Both the position numbers and the translations under genes were made by a program. From IMG/VR virus record IMGVR_UViG_3300030107_002792: a DNA stretch of 64,000 nt, one strand, 5' to 3'. Shown here one piece after another: positions 50,201-57,836 of this stretch (positions are counted from its first letter, which is position 1; each line of letters starts with the position of its first letter). Under the pieces are notes generated by a model. The model did no database searches. It saw only the letters and a list, made by a program, of their open reading frames with translations, and was not told the DNA's origin. Source of the DNA: an uncultured virus (IMG/VR IMGVR_UViG_3300030107_002792). Its lineage: Duplodnaviria > Heunggongvirae > Uroviricota > Caudoviricetes > Kyanoviridae.

Positions 50201-52077
50201 GTTCAACAAATGTATTCTTTACTAACACTCGTGCTGATGCAAGAGTTGCTGCTGCTACTGGTGCAAACTTAGATCTATCAAGTAAGTCTACAACTAACCT
50301 TTCTGAAGGAACTAATCAATACTATACAGAAGCAAGAGTTCAAGCAAAACTTGACAGTGCTTATGAGCAACTAAGAGCAATGTTGAATAACCTTGCTACT
50401 GCAACAACACTAAAACTGAATCTATCTGGAGACCCAACTCCTGGTGCAGTTGTAACTCTTGGATCTATCTCTAATGGTGGTCTTGGTGGATACACTGCTG
50501 GAACAAATGTTGCTACTACAGGTGGAACTGGATCAGCATTAACAGTTGATACTACAGTGACCAGTGGTGCTATAACTGGAATTACTTTAAACACTGCAGG
50601 TACTGGTTATCTTATTGGCGATACAATTACAATTACTAACCCTAATCTAGGTGGTGTTAAGACACTTAACCTTGGATCACTATCTAATGGTGTTGGAGGA
50701 TTTAGTTCTGGAACTGCTGTTGCTACTTCATCATCTGGATCAGGAACTAGTTGCACAGTTAATACAACTGCTGATGGCAACGGTGCTATTACTAACGTAG
50801 TAATTAACGCTGCAGGGTCTGGTTATGCCATTGGAGAGACCTTAACCATTACTAACCCTAATGCAGGTGGTGTAGCAACCGTAGACACGCTTGTAGGTGG
50901 CACAGGATACGCTAACGGAACTGCTATTGCTACTACAGGTGGTGGAGGATCAAGTTTATCACTAGATCTTACAACCTCTAATGGTGTTGTGACTGGAGTT
51001 GCAGTTAATGCTGCTGGTACAGGATACGCTGTAGATGAGACAATAACGATTGTAAATGCTAACGCAACTGGTGCTAAGACTCTTGGTTCTATTGCAACTG
51101 CAGGAACTGGATATGCTGCTGGATCTGCAATCGCAACTGCTGCTTCTGCTTCTGGATCTTCTGCAACTGTTGACATTACAGTTGATGGATCTGGTGCTGT
51201 AACAGGTGTCACAATTAATGATGATGGTACTGGATATGCAGCATCTGAAGTATTGACAATTACTAACGCTAATGCATCTGGAGTTCGGACTCTCGGTTCT
51301 ATCAGTGCTGCTGGTACTGGTTACACTGCTGCAAATGGAGTTGCTACAACTTCATCTGGATCAGGAACTGGATTGACTGTTGATATTACAGTTTCTGCTG
51401 GTGGTGTTGCTGGAGTTACCATCAATGATGATGGATCTGGTTATGCTGCATCTGAGGTAATTACTATCACTAATGCTAATGCAAGTGGTGTTAAGACTCT
51501 TGGATCAATAACTGCTGCAGGAACTGGATACACTTCTGGAACAGTTACTGGAGTTGCTACAACTTCATCTGGATCTGGAACAGGATTAACAGTTGATGTT
51601 ACTGCTGATGGATCAGGAAATGTTACTGGTGTTGCAATTAATAATGATGGATTGAATTATGCAGCATCTGAAATTATAACTATATCAGGTGAAGGTAATG
51701 GTGATGCAACCATAACCGTATCTGCTATTCATACAAGTGGAGCACAAATCCCTGTTTCTGCAATACATGGTAACGGATGCACAATACCTGTTTCCGCTAT
51801 ACATGGAAATGGAGCAACAGTTGATGTTGCTACAATCTTTGCTAATGCAACAGTTAATACTTCTACAGTATTCACCAATGCAACCTTCGCACTCTCTGAC
51901 ATCACAACGATGGAAGTTGGTGCAACAGTAACTGGAGCAACCTCTGGTACAACTGGAGTTATAACTGCTATGGATGCAACTTCAGTCACAGTTGATAATG
52001 TCGATGGTTTCTATAAAAAAGGAGAAACCGTTGGTGCTAATGATGTCACTAATCTGACTATAAGTTCATTCGGATAA
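44263..52077 (+). CDS. long tail-fibre-like protein, 2604 aa
   Basis: N-terminal 'RIQLRRG..WANSNPTLAQGELGIELDTGRFKIGDG..AWNTL' (Mtd-N-type fibre attachment motif); G/T/A/S-rich fibre repeats ('VTVDAKGRIT', 'FTVDTDNGNT', 'DLGTNTVRW', 'TEGSTNLYFT'); upstream of the neck genes. Confidence 0.85.
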   Translation: MANRIQLRRGGAQDWANSNPTLAQGELGIELDTGRFKIGDGVTAWNTLRYERPVESTSNTANTLVQRDADGNFSAGTITSTLIGNASTSSRLASARQLTLSDDIVGSGVFDGSANLTISTGLQLISTLPHYDGTASASATYTKVTVDAKGRITNASTPSTLADYNLNGTVEGSSAQPYDLDLVALSGLTTTGIIARTSGGAMSTRTITGTATRIGMTNGNGVSGNPTIDLITTAVQAGDYNTESLTSVSGVGSNSEPFGTQTVNATKFTVDAYGRLTSATNVPIATAVEGTDAAAYNAGTTYSRGDKITNASKLYQAIAGISAGAGAPTHSDTSDAGSWRHLGAVTTKQKGLASFAQEDFDVSAGGHVSLSAAGIDNSQLQNSRISFADGNAKEDFDLDQELTTTTGYRGFNKLNYIKINDTSGNLLFGANNTGDSSAGEIDVNVRSYFSDPDITLDGAVAQTLDKTGDGNLTFQTTQNSTSARTLSILATNAGSGASGVVVTAENTVTITASDAAGKVQVEDTYFQGDYIASSAATMILDPGDDRAVSGKVQIMGDLQVDGTTTTINSAVTTLDDPIITLGGDTAPASDDNKDRGVEFRYYDASAKVGFFGYDDSAADLGGHTGAFTFLYDATNSSEVFSGTDAGIIAGNLKLTTNTNSTSNTTGDLVVAGGVGIGDDVNIGGLLDVDGTFRANSTSRFDDNIVLQGASKTLQLNNGSGTTKIELQSTTGNANIGGILTNTGAIDANSSLDVAGLVHFESTDAPTIALNGGTNLYEIQSSDYGSLQVDGGGYIDKDVLFNGDIYINGDLNQRDSGTESWGFRNWLQVRYKGRFGSSVAYNPTYATHNTSNLRVYGGAGVAQNLHVGATGTGEGFFVGKKNSGDTVKFSVLGASGNTTIVGDLTVNAAVDFDTTLNVDGAATFQDNVTINADNKMFTIENNSAVDQFTVDTDNGNTYVGGSLTVDDAAELNSTLNVDAGATFQDNVTINADNKFFKVQNNSSADKFTVDTDNGNTVIAGTLDVTSNVGIDGNFDIATSKFTVAAATGNTVIDGTVDIDEQLTVTSGVTINDANKTFDIQNGSAVSKFSVDTDNGNTNIIGTLTVGDATQINDTFGVSGVVTATANTEQTLTGSYAADGAARFSGGIGLAKNLAVGGGARVYGNTELTGTLDLNNSADISGALVTHDNVTITADNKTFAIQNASAANKLTVDTDNGNTDIRGTLDVGGDVTAESNLTITGNLTVNGTTTTVNSTVTTLDDPIITVGGDTAPASNDGKDRGVEFRYYDGSAKIGFFGYDRSTSEFALLTSVTNTAEVMAGTDGALRIGSVHVTGAGTSLDVDNNLNVDGAATVDGQITSNVADGTAPLVITSTTKVNNLNVDRLDNMTTASANTASTVVNRDASGDFAANQITAASAAGSGAGFLGNATTADAWKTARVFTLDGVVSGSVSVDGSAAPTLTTTYVDADITALAAMSGTGYVVRTAANTYAQRTLAVTASSGITLTNADGVSGNTTINVASASSNAANNLVIRDGSGDFAANEITSDLVGNLTGATSTAKDLNPAADSTYDLGTNTVRWQTLYADTVNATTYVGSLTGTSSDAAAITVADESADTSCNVVFVTAATGSLAPKTGTNLTFNSSTGNLAATTFTGLVVGDVTGDVTGNADTATLASTVTVADESTDTSCNVLFATAATGSLGVKSGTNLTFDSANGVLTTTSVTGNLTGNLIATTSTAKNLNPAADSAHDLGTNTVRWQNVYADAANITAITGTLTGTASSIANHNTDALTEGSTNLYFTDERVDDRLNAVIVAGTGVTKVYDDGANTYTLSVTQADVNTDNITEGSTNLFFTNERVDDRLNAVIVAGTGVTKVYDDAANTYTLSVTQADVNTDTVTEGSTNLFTTAARTRTHFTYGTGITHSSGTLSVTQADINTDNVTEGSTNLFTTAARTRGHFTYGTGITHSSGTLSVTQADIDTDNITEGSTNVFFTNTRADARVAAATGANLDLSSKSTTNLSEGTNQYYTEARVQAKLDSAYEQLRAMLNNLATATTLKLNLSGDPTPGAVVTLGSISNGGLGGYTAGTNVATTGGTGSALTVDTTVTSGAITGITLNTAGTGYLIGDTITITNPNLGGVKTLNLGSLSNGVGGFSSGTAVATSSSGSGTSCTVNTTADGNGAITNVVINAAGSGYAIGETLTITNPNAGGVATVDTLVGGTGYANGTAIATTGGGGSSLSLDLTTSNGVVTGVAVNAAGTGYAVDETITIVNANATGAKTLGSIATAGTGYAAGSAIATAASASGSSATVDITVDGSGAVTGVTINDDGTGYAASEVLTITNANASGVRTLGSISAAGTGYTAANGVATTSSGSGTGLTVDITVSAGGVAGVTINDDGSGYAASEVITITNANASGVKTLGSITAAGTGYTSGTVTGVATTSSGSGTGLTVDVTADGSGNVTGVAINNDGLNYAASEIITISGEGNGDATITVSAIHTSGAQIPVSAIHGNGCTIPVSAIHGNGATVDVATIFANATVNTSTVFTNATFALSDITTMEVGATVTGATSGTTGVITAMDATSVTVDNVDGFYKKGETVGANDVTNLTISSFG
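49606..50340 (+). repeat. tandem TEGSTN(L/V)xxT fibre repeats (6 units)
   Basis: Two near-identical ~53-aa units and two near-identical ~43-aa units, plus two degenerate ones. Confidence 0.9.
50440..51903 (+). repeat. six serially nested Gly/Thr-rich modules at the tail-fibre C-terminus
   Basis: Six ~65-70-aa 'G-V-x-T-L...GTGY...TITN' openers followed by six 11-12-aa closing strands. Confidence 0.8.
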
Positions 52078-52083
52078 TAAGAT

Positions 52084-52890
52084 ATGTCTGCTACTAGACC
52101 CGCTTCTAAAACAGAATTAAGGGATTATGCTCTTCGTAGGTTAGGTTATCCTACGATAGACATTAACGTTGCGACTGAGCAACTAGATGATCTAATAGAA
52201 GAAGCAATCGATTACTACCAAGAGTATCATTATAATGGAAGTTATAAGACTTTCATGAGAATTGAAGTAACCGAAGCAATGCAAACTGCTACAACGGGAT
52301 TTACTCAGGAAGGTTCAACTTCATGGTATGGTGCAGATAATTATGTTTCAACACCTCCTGGAATGTTAGGTGTTAATCATGTTTATACAGGAATTGGTGC
52401 ATCTAGTATAGTACCAGGTAATATATTCAATATTAAATATCAGATCTTTTTGAATGACATCTATTCTATGACTCATGGTCATATCTTACATTATTTCTTG
52501 ACTTCTCAATATCTTGAAACTCTTGATTGGGTAACCAACTCACAAGCAAACCGTAGAGTTAAATGGAATGAACATCAAAATAGATTGTATCTTGATTTTG
52601 ATTGGGCAGACTTGTCTCCAGGTGATTATATAATGGTAGATATGCAGATGAGACAAGATCCTACAACATATACCGATATGTTTAATGACAATTGGTTAAA
52701 AGATTATGTTGAATCATTGTTCCAACAGCAATGGGGTCGTAACCTAAGTAAGTATGACGGCATTCAAATGTTGGGTGGTGTCACTCTTAATGGTAGACAA
52801 ATTTTAGAGGATGGTTCTAAATTCAAGACTGATCTTGAAGATGAACTTCGTGATCGTTATGAGCTTCCACCAATGGACTTAGTGGGGTAA
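52084..52890 (+). CDS. gp13: neck protein gp13
   Basis: 'ELRDYALRRLGYPTIDINV..EQLDDLIEEAIDYYQEYH', 'QWGRNLSKYDGIQMLGGVTLNG'. Confidence 0.95.
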   Translation: MSATRPASKTELRDYALRRLGYPTIDINVATEQLDDLIEEAIDYYQEYHYNGSYKTFMRIEVTEAMQTATTGFTQEGSTSWYGADNYVSTPPGMLGVNHVYTGIGASSIVPGNIFNIKYQIFLNDIYSMTHGHILHYFLTSQYLETLDWVTNSQANRRVKWNEHQNRLYLDFDWADLSPGDYIMVDMQMRQDPTTYTDMFNDNWLKDYVESLFQQQWGRNLSKYDGIQMLGGVTLNGRQILEDGSKFKTDLEDELRDRYELPPMDLVG

Positions 52891-52893
52891 CTA

Positions 52894-53820
52894 ATGACTT
52901 TTAGAAATACACCAGCACAAGATTACGTTCAATCCGATTATACGTCTTCATCTCGTTTACAAATAAACGGTTCTGCTCAAGAGCAGAAGTTCATGGAAAA
53001 CCTTATCGTAGAGAGCATTGAAATTTATGGGCAAGACATATATTATGTACCGAGAACTATCGTCAATCGTGACACGGTTTTCGGAGAAGATTCGGATGGC
53101 AAGTTCGAGTCTGCAAAACCAATCCGAGCCTACGTCAATAATGTCGATGGATGGGAAGGACAAGGTGAGTTACTTACAAAGTTTGGAATACGCATCGAAG
53201 ATAAAACGACGTTTATATTCTCCCGTGAAAAGTTTAAAGAAAAGGTTGACGACTCTACAGTCCTTAATGTCGAAGGAAGACCAAACGAGGGGGATCTAAT
53301 TTGGTTCCCAATAACAAAACATTTATTTGAAATACAATTTGTAGAAGTTGAGCGTCCTTTCTATCAGTTAGGTAAAGGATATGTTTGGGAATGTCAGTGT
53401 GAACTCTTCGAGTACAGTGATGAAGAAATTAACACTGGTATCACTGAACTGGATGCTGTTGAGACTGCCTTTGCTAATGCTATTACGGTTGGTCTCGTAG
53501 CTGGTGGTAGTGGAGACTTTACTGTTGGAGAAACTGTTACTGGAGGATCATCTAATGTTACGGCTGAGGTTAAGTCTTGGGATTCTTCTACTAGGACTCT
53601 CATCGTTATCAATCGTTCTGGTATCTTTACTATCCCAGAAACAGTTACGGGGGGAACATCTAGTGCCTCTTGGACAACTGCTACATATAATACAATAGAT
53701 AATAAGGCAGTTACCTATGATCAAAATTATGAATTTGAAACTGCCGACGATGATATCATTGACTTCTCCGAATCAAATCCATTTGGTTCTATCGGATCTA
53801 CTACTGACTTGACAATCTAA
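52894..53820 (+). CDS. gp14: neck protein gp14
   Basis: 'EQKFMENLIVESIEIYGQDIYYVPR', 'RPNEGDLIWFP', 'PFYQLGK', 'DFSESNPFG'. Confidence 0.95.
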   Translation: MTFRNTPAQDYVQSDYTSSSRLQINGSAQEQKFMENLIVESIEIYGQDIYYVPRTIVNRDTVFGEDSDGKFESAKPIRAYVNNVDGWEGQGELLTKFGIRIEDKTTFIFSREKFKEKVDDSTVLNVEGRPNEGDLIWFPITKHLFEIQFVEVERPFYQLGKGYVWECQCELFEYSDEEINTGITELDAVETAFANAITVGLVAGGSGDFTVGETVTGGSSNVTAEVKSWDSSTRTLIVINRSGIFTIPETVTGGTSSASWTTATYNTIDNKAVTYDQNYEFETADDDIIDFSESNPFGSIGSTTDLTI

Positions 53821-54851
53821 TGCTAGGAACTTACTCGTATAACGAAATATTTCGTAAAACTATTATTGCCTTTGGTACATTATTCAATAATATTGAACTA
53901 AGGAGATCTGATGAGGTGATGAAAGTTCCTCTTGCTTATGGTCCTAAGCAAAAGTTTTTAGCACGTTTAGATCAGAACCCCGATCCAACAAATAAAAGAG
54001 TTCAAATAACTCTACCTAGAATCTCTTTTGAAATAAATGGAGTCTCTTATGATCCTACAAGAAAGGTTTCTCCAACTCAGAAGATAAAAATTAAAAAGGA
54101 TTCTACTCAGAATTACAATACATATATGCCAGTTCCATATAATTTGGATTTTGAAATGGCAGTTATATCAAAAAATCAGGATGATGGATTACAGATTGTA
54201 GAACAAATACTACCATTCTTTCAACCTCATTATAATCTAGCAGTCAAGTTATTAACTAGTATGGCTGAAGTTAAAGATGTTCCTGTAGTTTTAAATAGTC
54301 TTGAATATGAAGATGATTATGAAGGAGATTTTTCAAATCGTAGAGCAATCATTTACACATTTCAGTTTACTGTAAAGACATATCTATACGGACCAATCCA
54401 CGAGTCCAAGACTATCAGAAAGGCACAGGTCGATTACTATACATCAACCAATACTACTTCTGCACCAAGACAAGTTCGTTATGCTGTTACACCTGCATCT
54501 ACTATTGATAGAGATGGAACAGTTGTAACAACTGTAGGTACAGCAATAGGAACTACTGAAACAACTTTAGTTGTTGCAGATGCATCTAATATTGCTCAAT
54601 GGGATAATATTTACGTTGATACTGAGACCATGCGAGTATCTAAAAAGGTTGGTAATAATCTAACTGTTATTCGTGCATGGCAAGGGACTGCTGCAGGTAG
54701 TCATGCTTCAAGTGCAAGTGTTTATAAGATAGATGCTACTGACGATGCATTAGTGGATTCAGATGATGACTTTGGATTTAATGAACTTACTAGTGAGTTT
54801 ACAGATATGAAGAAGTATAATCCTACTAGTGGGTCAGATGAGGCAATCTAA
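53820..54851 (+). CDS. gp15: tail sheath stabiliser/terminator gp15
   Basis: 'YNEIFRKTIIAFGTLFNNI', 'KVPLAYGPKQKFLAR', 'LPRISFE', 'QIVEQILPFFQP', 'KTYLYGP'. Confidence 0.95.
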   Translation: MLGTYSYNEIFRKTIIAFGTLFNNIELRRSDEVMKVPLAYGPKQKFLARLDQNPDPTNKRVQITLPRISFEINGVSYDPTRKVSPTQKIKIKKDSTQNYNTYMPVPYNLDFEMAVISKNQDDGLQIVEQILPFFQPHYNLAVKLLTSMAEVKDVPVVLNSLEYEDDYEGDFSNRRAIIYTFQFTVKTYLYGPIHESKTIRKAQVDYYTSTNTTSAPRQVRYAVTPASTIDRDGTVVTTVGTAIGTTETTLVVADASNIAQWDNIYVDTETMRVSKKVGNNLTVIRAWQGTAAGSHASSASVYKIDATDDALVDSDDDFGFNELTSEFTDMKKYNPTSGSDEAI

Positions 54852-55273
54852 TGAAAGAGTTTGATGGTCTTAATAATGCTTTTGGTGCTGAACCGTCAGA
54901 ATTACAAAAGCATGTAGAGAGTGTAAAACCAACTCTCAAGAAAAGTGAAGAAGGAGATGTAAAGCAAGACTATGAAATGAGTCGTGCTAATTTGCATAAC
55001 CTAGTTATGAAAGGTCAAGAAGCATTAGATGGTATAATGGATGTTGCACAGAGTAGTGATCATCCTAGAGCATATGAAGTTGCTGCTTTAATGATTAAAA
55101 ACGTTGCAGATACAACAGATAAGTTGATTGATCTACAGCGAAAGATGAAAGATTTAGATGCTGAAGATAAGAAAGTTACAAATAATACTACCAATGCAAT
55201 GTTCGTTGGAAGCACAAGTGATCTTCAGAAGATGTTGAAAAATATAAATAATAAGACAACTGAATCTACATAG
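54851..55273 (+). CDS. gp16: terminase small subunit gp16
   Basis: 'DYEMSRANL', 'SDHPRAYEVA', 'NNTTNAMFVGSTSDLQKML'. Confidence 0.95.
   Translation: MKEFDGLNNAFGAEPSELQKHVESVKPTLKKSEEGDVKQDYEMSRANLHNLVMKGQEALDGIMDVAQSSDHPRAYEVAALMIKNVADTTDKLIDLQRKMKDLDAEDKKVTNNTTNAMFVGSTSDLQKMLKNINNKTTEST
55243..55250 (+). promoter_or_regulatory. late promoter TATAAATA within the 3' end of gp16
   Basis: Perfect T4 late consensus, 32 nt upstream of ATG 55282. Confidence 0.7.
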
Positions 55274-55281
55274 ACACGACA

Positions 55282-55818
55282 ATGACAGTAATTAATGTAT
55301 TAAGTACAAACGCCGTTGCAGCAGGAGCGACAGAATACCAAGTCGTAAAGACTGGATTTTATCGTGTTATTGGTACCGCAGGAGATGCTACTATAGCATT
55401 TAATGACGGACCTGCAATCACTCTGATACAAGACGAGGCTATATTATTAAAAGGTGGTAAGCCTGGTCATGCAAAGGTAGTTAAGGCAGTAGATGATTCT
55501 ACAGCAGATTATCAATTAGGATTACATCTGCAAGAAACATCATCACAACATCCTTTCTCTAGTGGCGATTATATCGCTGTTGAAGATGATAGTACTTCAC
55601 CTGCTATTGATAGTAATTTTCTCTCTGCAGGAACTGTAGGTAAGAAGATAACTGCAGTTGTTAATAATACAATTAGTACAGATATAGATTCATCGAGTGC
55701 GTCAGCTGACTACACATATGCATACTCTGGTCCTCAAGCAGTTGTTAAACGTTGCGTTAAAGTCGCAGTAACTGGCAATGCAATAGTCCTAGAGGAAATA
55801 CAAGTAGTAGGTGGTTAA
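55282..55818 (+). CDS. hypothetical protein, possibly virion-associated
   Basis: 178-aa ORF behind a late promoter; A/S/T/V-rich. Confidence 0.75.
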   Translation: MTVINVLSTNAVAAGATEYQVVKTGFYRVIGTAGDATIAFNDGPAITLIQDEAILLKGGKPGHAKVVKAVDDSTADYQLGLHLQETSSQHPFSSGDYIAVEDDSTSPAIDSNFLSAGTVGKKITAVVNNTISTDIDSSSASADYTYAYSGPQAVVKRCVKVAVTGNAIVLEEIQVVGG

Positions 55819-56481
55819 ATGCCAGCCGTTAATCAAGAAGCAGAACGTATAGTTAAAGGTATGAAGCGTCAATCAGCGAAACGCTTCAGGAAACTATATG
55901 GGACACGTGACAAGGAAGTCATGTATGCAACGGCAAACAAGTTAGCTCAGAAAGAACAGCTCAAAGTTATGTATTATCAAGATTTCATCAACATAGTAGA
56001 AGGTAATCCTACCACTAGAATGTTAACCAAGTCAAAGACAAAAGTGACTGGTCATATCAGTGCAGATAGGGGTGGAGATGAAAAAGCGAATAGATCGAAA
56101 CGAAAGGGTTTAGAAAAAGATTTAAAAAAGAAAGGCATCGGATATAAGAAAGGTGTCGGAGAATACAAATACGACGATGGTAAGACAGGTAGAGAAGTAT
56201 CCTATCAAACTACAAAACCAGATAAAATGAGCAAGAGGAAGTTTGGAAAATTAACTCGCCGTCTTGGTCGTAAACATGGACAAGAATCTGTAATTACCAA
56301 AGACAAAAACAAACCCGCTAAGTTACACTATACTGATAAGAGTAAGAAAAAATCTGAGACTGTTGGCAAATCAAAAGCAGGAAAGCACCCAGATAGTTAT
56401 GGTGAAACATCAGGTACTAAGGTAAGAAGTGGAAAACTCCCCAAGAAAACAAACAAAGCAGCATATCATTACAACAAATAA
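55819..56481 (+). CDS. highly basic hypothetical protein
   Basis: 220 aa, very Lys/Arg-rich; abuts the previous ORF. Confidence 0.8.
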   Translation: MPAVNQEAERIVKGMKRQSAKRFRKLYGTRDKEVMYATANKLAQKEQLKVMYYQDFINIVEGNPTTRMLTKSKTKVTGHISADRGGDEKANRSKRKGLEKDLKKKGIGYKKGVGEYKYDDGKTGREVSYQTTKPDKMSKRKFGKLTRRLGRKHGQESVITKDKNKPAKLHYTDKSKKKSETVGKSKAGKHPDSYGETSGTKVRSGKLPKKTNKAAYHYNK

Positions 56482-56581
56482 TGACTTTCAAGAGATATTA
56501 TTAAGGGAACTAGCAAGACTACAAGACGAGAAGTTATGTCGTAAGTCACAGTCCCCTAATGATGTGTTGAATCGGAAATAA
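56429..56581 (+). CDS. possible small hypothetical protein (50 aa, GTG start)
   Basis: MENSPRKQTKQHIITTNNDFQEILLRELARLQDEKLCRKSQSPNDVLNRK; AAGGT upstream; fills an otherwise empty gap. Confidence 0.4.
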   Translation: MENSPRKQTKQHIITTNNDFQEILLRELARLQDEKLCRKSQSPNDVLNRK

Positions 56582-56608
56582 TGTTAGGCACAATTACTCA
56601 TTCCGTGC

Positions 56609-56616
56609 TATAAATA
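56609..56616 (+). promoter_or_regulatory. late promoter TATAAATA
   Basis: Perfect consensus upstream of a GGAG RBS and ATG 56644. Confidence 0.75.
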
Positions 56617-56643
56617 ATCGAGTAACGTGGAGTTGAAACTATC

Positions 56644-56808
56644 ATGTCCCACTATACTGTCGGTTATCACGACGAACAGAGACATATGCTGGAAATTTGT
56701 ACGTATGCACATGATGCGTATGAAGCCATAGAAGACGTAAAGGAGGATGTACCATATTTAAATGGGCATCCTCATTATATTGATTACGTCTTGCAAGATA
56801 AATCATGA
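56644..56808 (+). CDS. small His/Tyr/acidic hypothetical protein (54 aa)
   Basis: MSHYTVGYHDEQRHMLEICTYAHDAYEAIEDVKEDVPYLNGHPHYIDYVLQDKS; promoter plus GGAG RBS; ATGA overlap with the next ORF. Confidence 0.75.
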   Translation: MSHYTVGYHDEQRHMLEICTYAHDAYEAIEDVKEDVPYLNGHPHYIDYVLQDKS

Positions 56809-56900
56809 AACATGAAATTATGTGGTGGATGAGCCGACTCACCATCATGGGAGTATCATTAGGGTTAGCATTCAGACTTGCTGCTGAAGCGTATGTATAA
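56805..56900 (+). CDS. small hydrophobic peptide (31 aa)
   Basis: MKHEIMWWMSRLTIMGVSLGLAFRLAAEAYV; ATGA-coupled to the upstream ORF. Confidence 0.6.
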   Translation: MKHEIMWWMSRLTIMGVSLGLAFRLAAEAYV

Positions 56901-56921
56901 GTAGTTAAAACTATTTTCGTT

Positions 56922-57836
56922 ATGGATTATAAAACTGCTGGTGTTGACATTGAAGCAGGTAATGCTTTTGTGGAAAGACTCAAAAAGAAAGCATATACCA
57001 TTGGTGGATTCAATGGTATGTTTAAGGTTCCTCGTGGATATGAGGAACCTGTTTTAGTATCTGGTGCTGATGGTGTTGGCACTAAGATTAATATAGCAAA
57101 GATCCATAGAGAATTTACTACTATAGGTATTGATCTCGTTGCCATGTGTGTCAACGATGTAATCACTTGTGGTGCTAAACCTTTATACTTTCTTGATTAT
57201 ATTTCTACTGGTAAGATATCTCCTATCATAGATGAGATTATGGAAGGCATTCTTAAGGGATGTGAATTATCAGGGATGGATCTATTAGGTGGAGAAACTG
57301 CTGAACATCCTAGACCTGCACCACCACCAACATATGATGATGATCTAGATCTAGCAGGATTCTGTACAGGTATTGTAGAAAAGAATGAGATTATAGATGG
57401 ATCTCTTATTAAAAAAGGAGATAAGATTGTAGGTTTTCTTAGTAGTGGATTCCATAGTAATGGGTATAGTTTGATCAATGAACTTATATGGAGACAGAAA
57501 ATATATTATAGAGATATGCCTGAGTTACTTAGACCAACTACCATATATGCACCTAAGATTAATCAATTGATGGATGAGATACCTATCTTAGGTATGGCAC
57601 ATATTACAGGTGGTGGTATTCCAGAGAATATTCCTAGATGTTTACCAGAAGGATTGGAAGCACATATTGATTATAGTTCTTGGGAAAGACCTCAAATGTT
57701 TAAAACTGTTCAAGAAGCAGGTGAAATAGAAGAGCAAGAAATGAGAAGAGTATTCAATTGTGGTATTGGATTTTGTATTGTGGTACCTCCTGACGTTGAT
57801 GTTTCAGATGGAATTGTAATTGGAGAAGTCCATTGA
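56922..57836 (+). CDS. purM: phosphoribosylformylglycinamidine cyclo-ligase (AIR synthetase), auxiliary metabolic gene
   Basis: 'YKTAGVDIEAGN', 'DGVGTK', 'GIDLVAMCVND', 'PLYFLDY', 'GGETAEHP', 'SSGFHSNGYSL', 'AHITGGG', 'FNCGIG'. Confidence 0.97.
   Translation: MDYKTAGVDIEAGNAFVERLKKKAYTIGGFNGMFKVPRGYEEPVLVSGADGVGTKINIAKIHREFTTIGIDLVAMCVNDVITCGAKPLYFLDYISTGKISPIIDEIMEGILKGCELSGMDLLGGETAEHPRPAPPPTYDDDLDLAGFCTGIVEKNEIIDGSLIKKGDKIVGFLSSGFHSNGYSLINELIWRQKIYYRDMPELLRPTTIYAPKINQLMDEIPILGMAHITGGGIPENIPRCLPEGLEAHIDYSSWERPQMFKTVQEAGEIEEQEMRRVFNCGIGFCIVVPPDVDVSDGIVIGEVH

Noticed and set aside
44263..52077. Diversity-generating retroelement, suggested by the Mtd-N-like fibre N-terminus and the repeats
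   Set aside because: No reverse transcriptase ORF in the window, and no template/variable repeat pair differing only at adenines was seen; the repeat differences are mostly synonymous.
4088..53698. Numerous 60-257-aa minus-strand and alternate-frame ORFs inside the large genes (e.g. 48486-49259, 46845-47306, 19761-20033)
   Set aside because: They are shadows of strongly biased G/T/A/S codons (Leu/Val-rich in shifted frames, Pro/Val/Ser-rich antisense), lack recognisable motifs and are fully embedded in convincing genes.
56642..56848. Minus-strand 68-aa ORF from the ORF track
   Set aside because: The + strand has a late promoter, an RBS and two coupled ORFs over the same interval, which explains it better.
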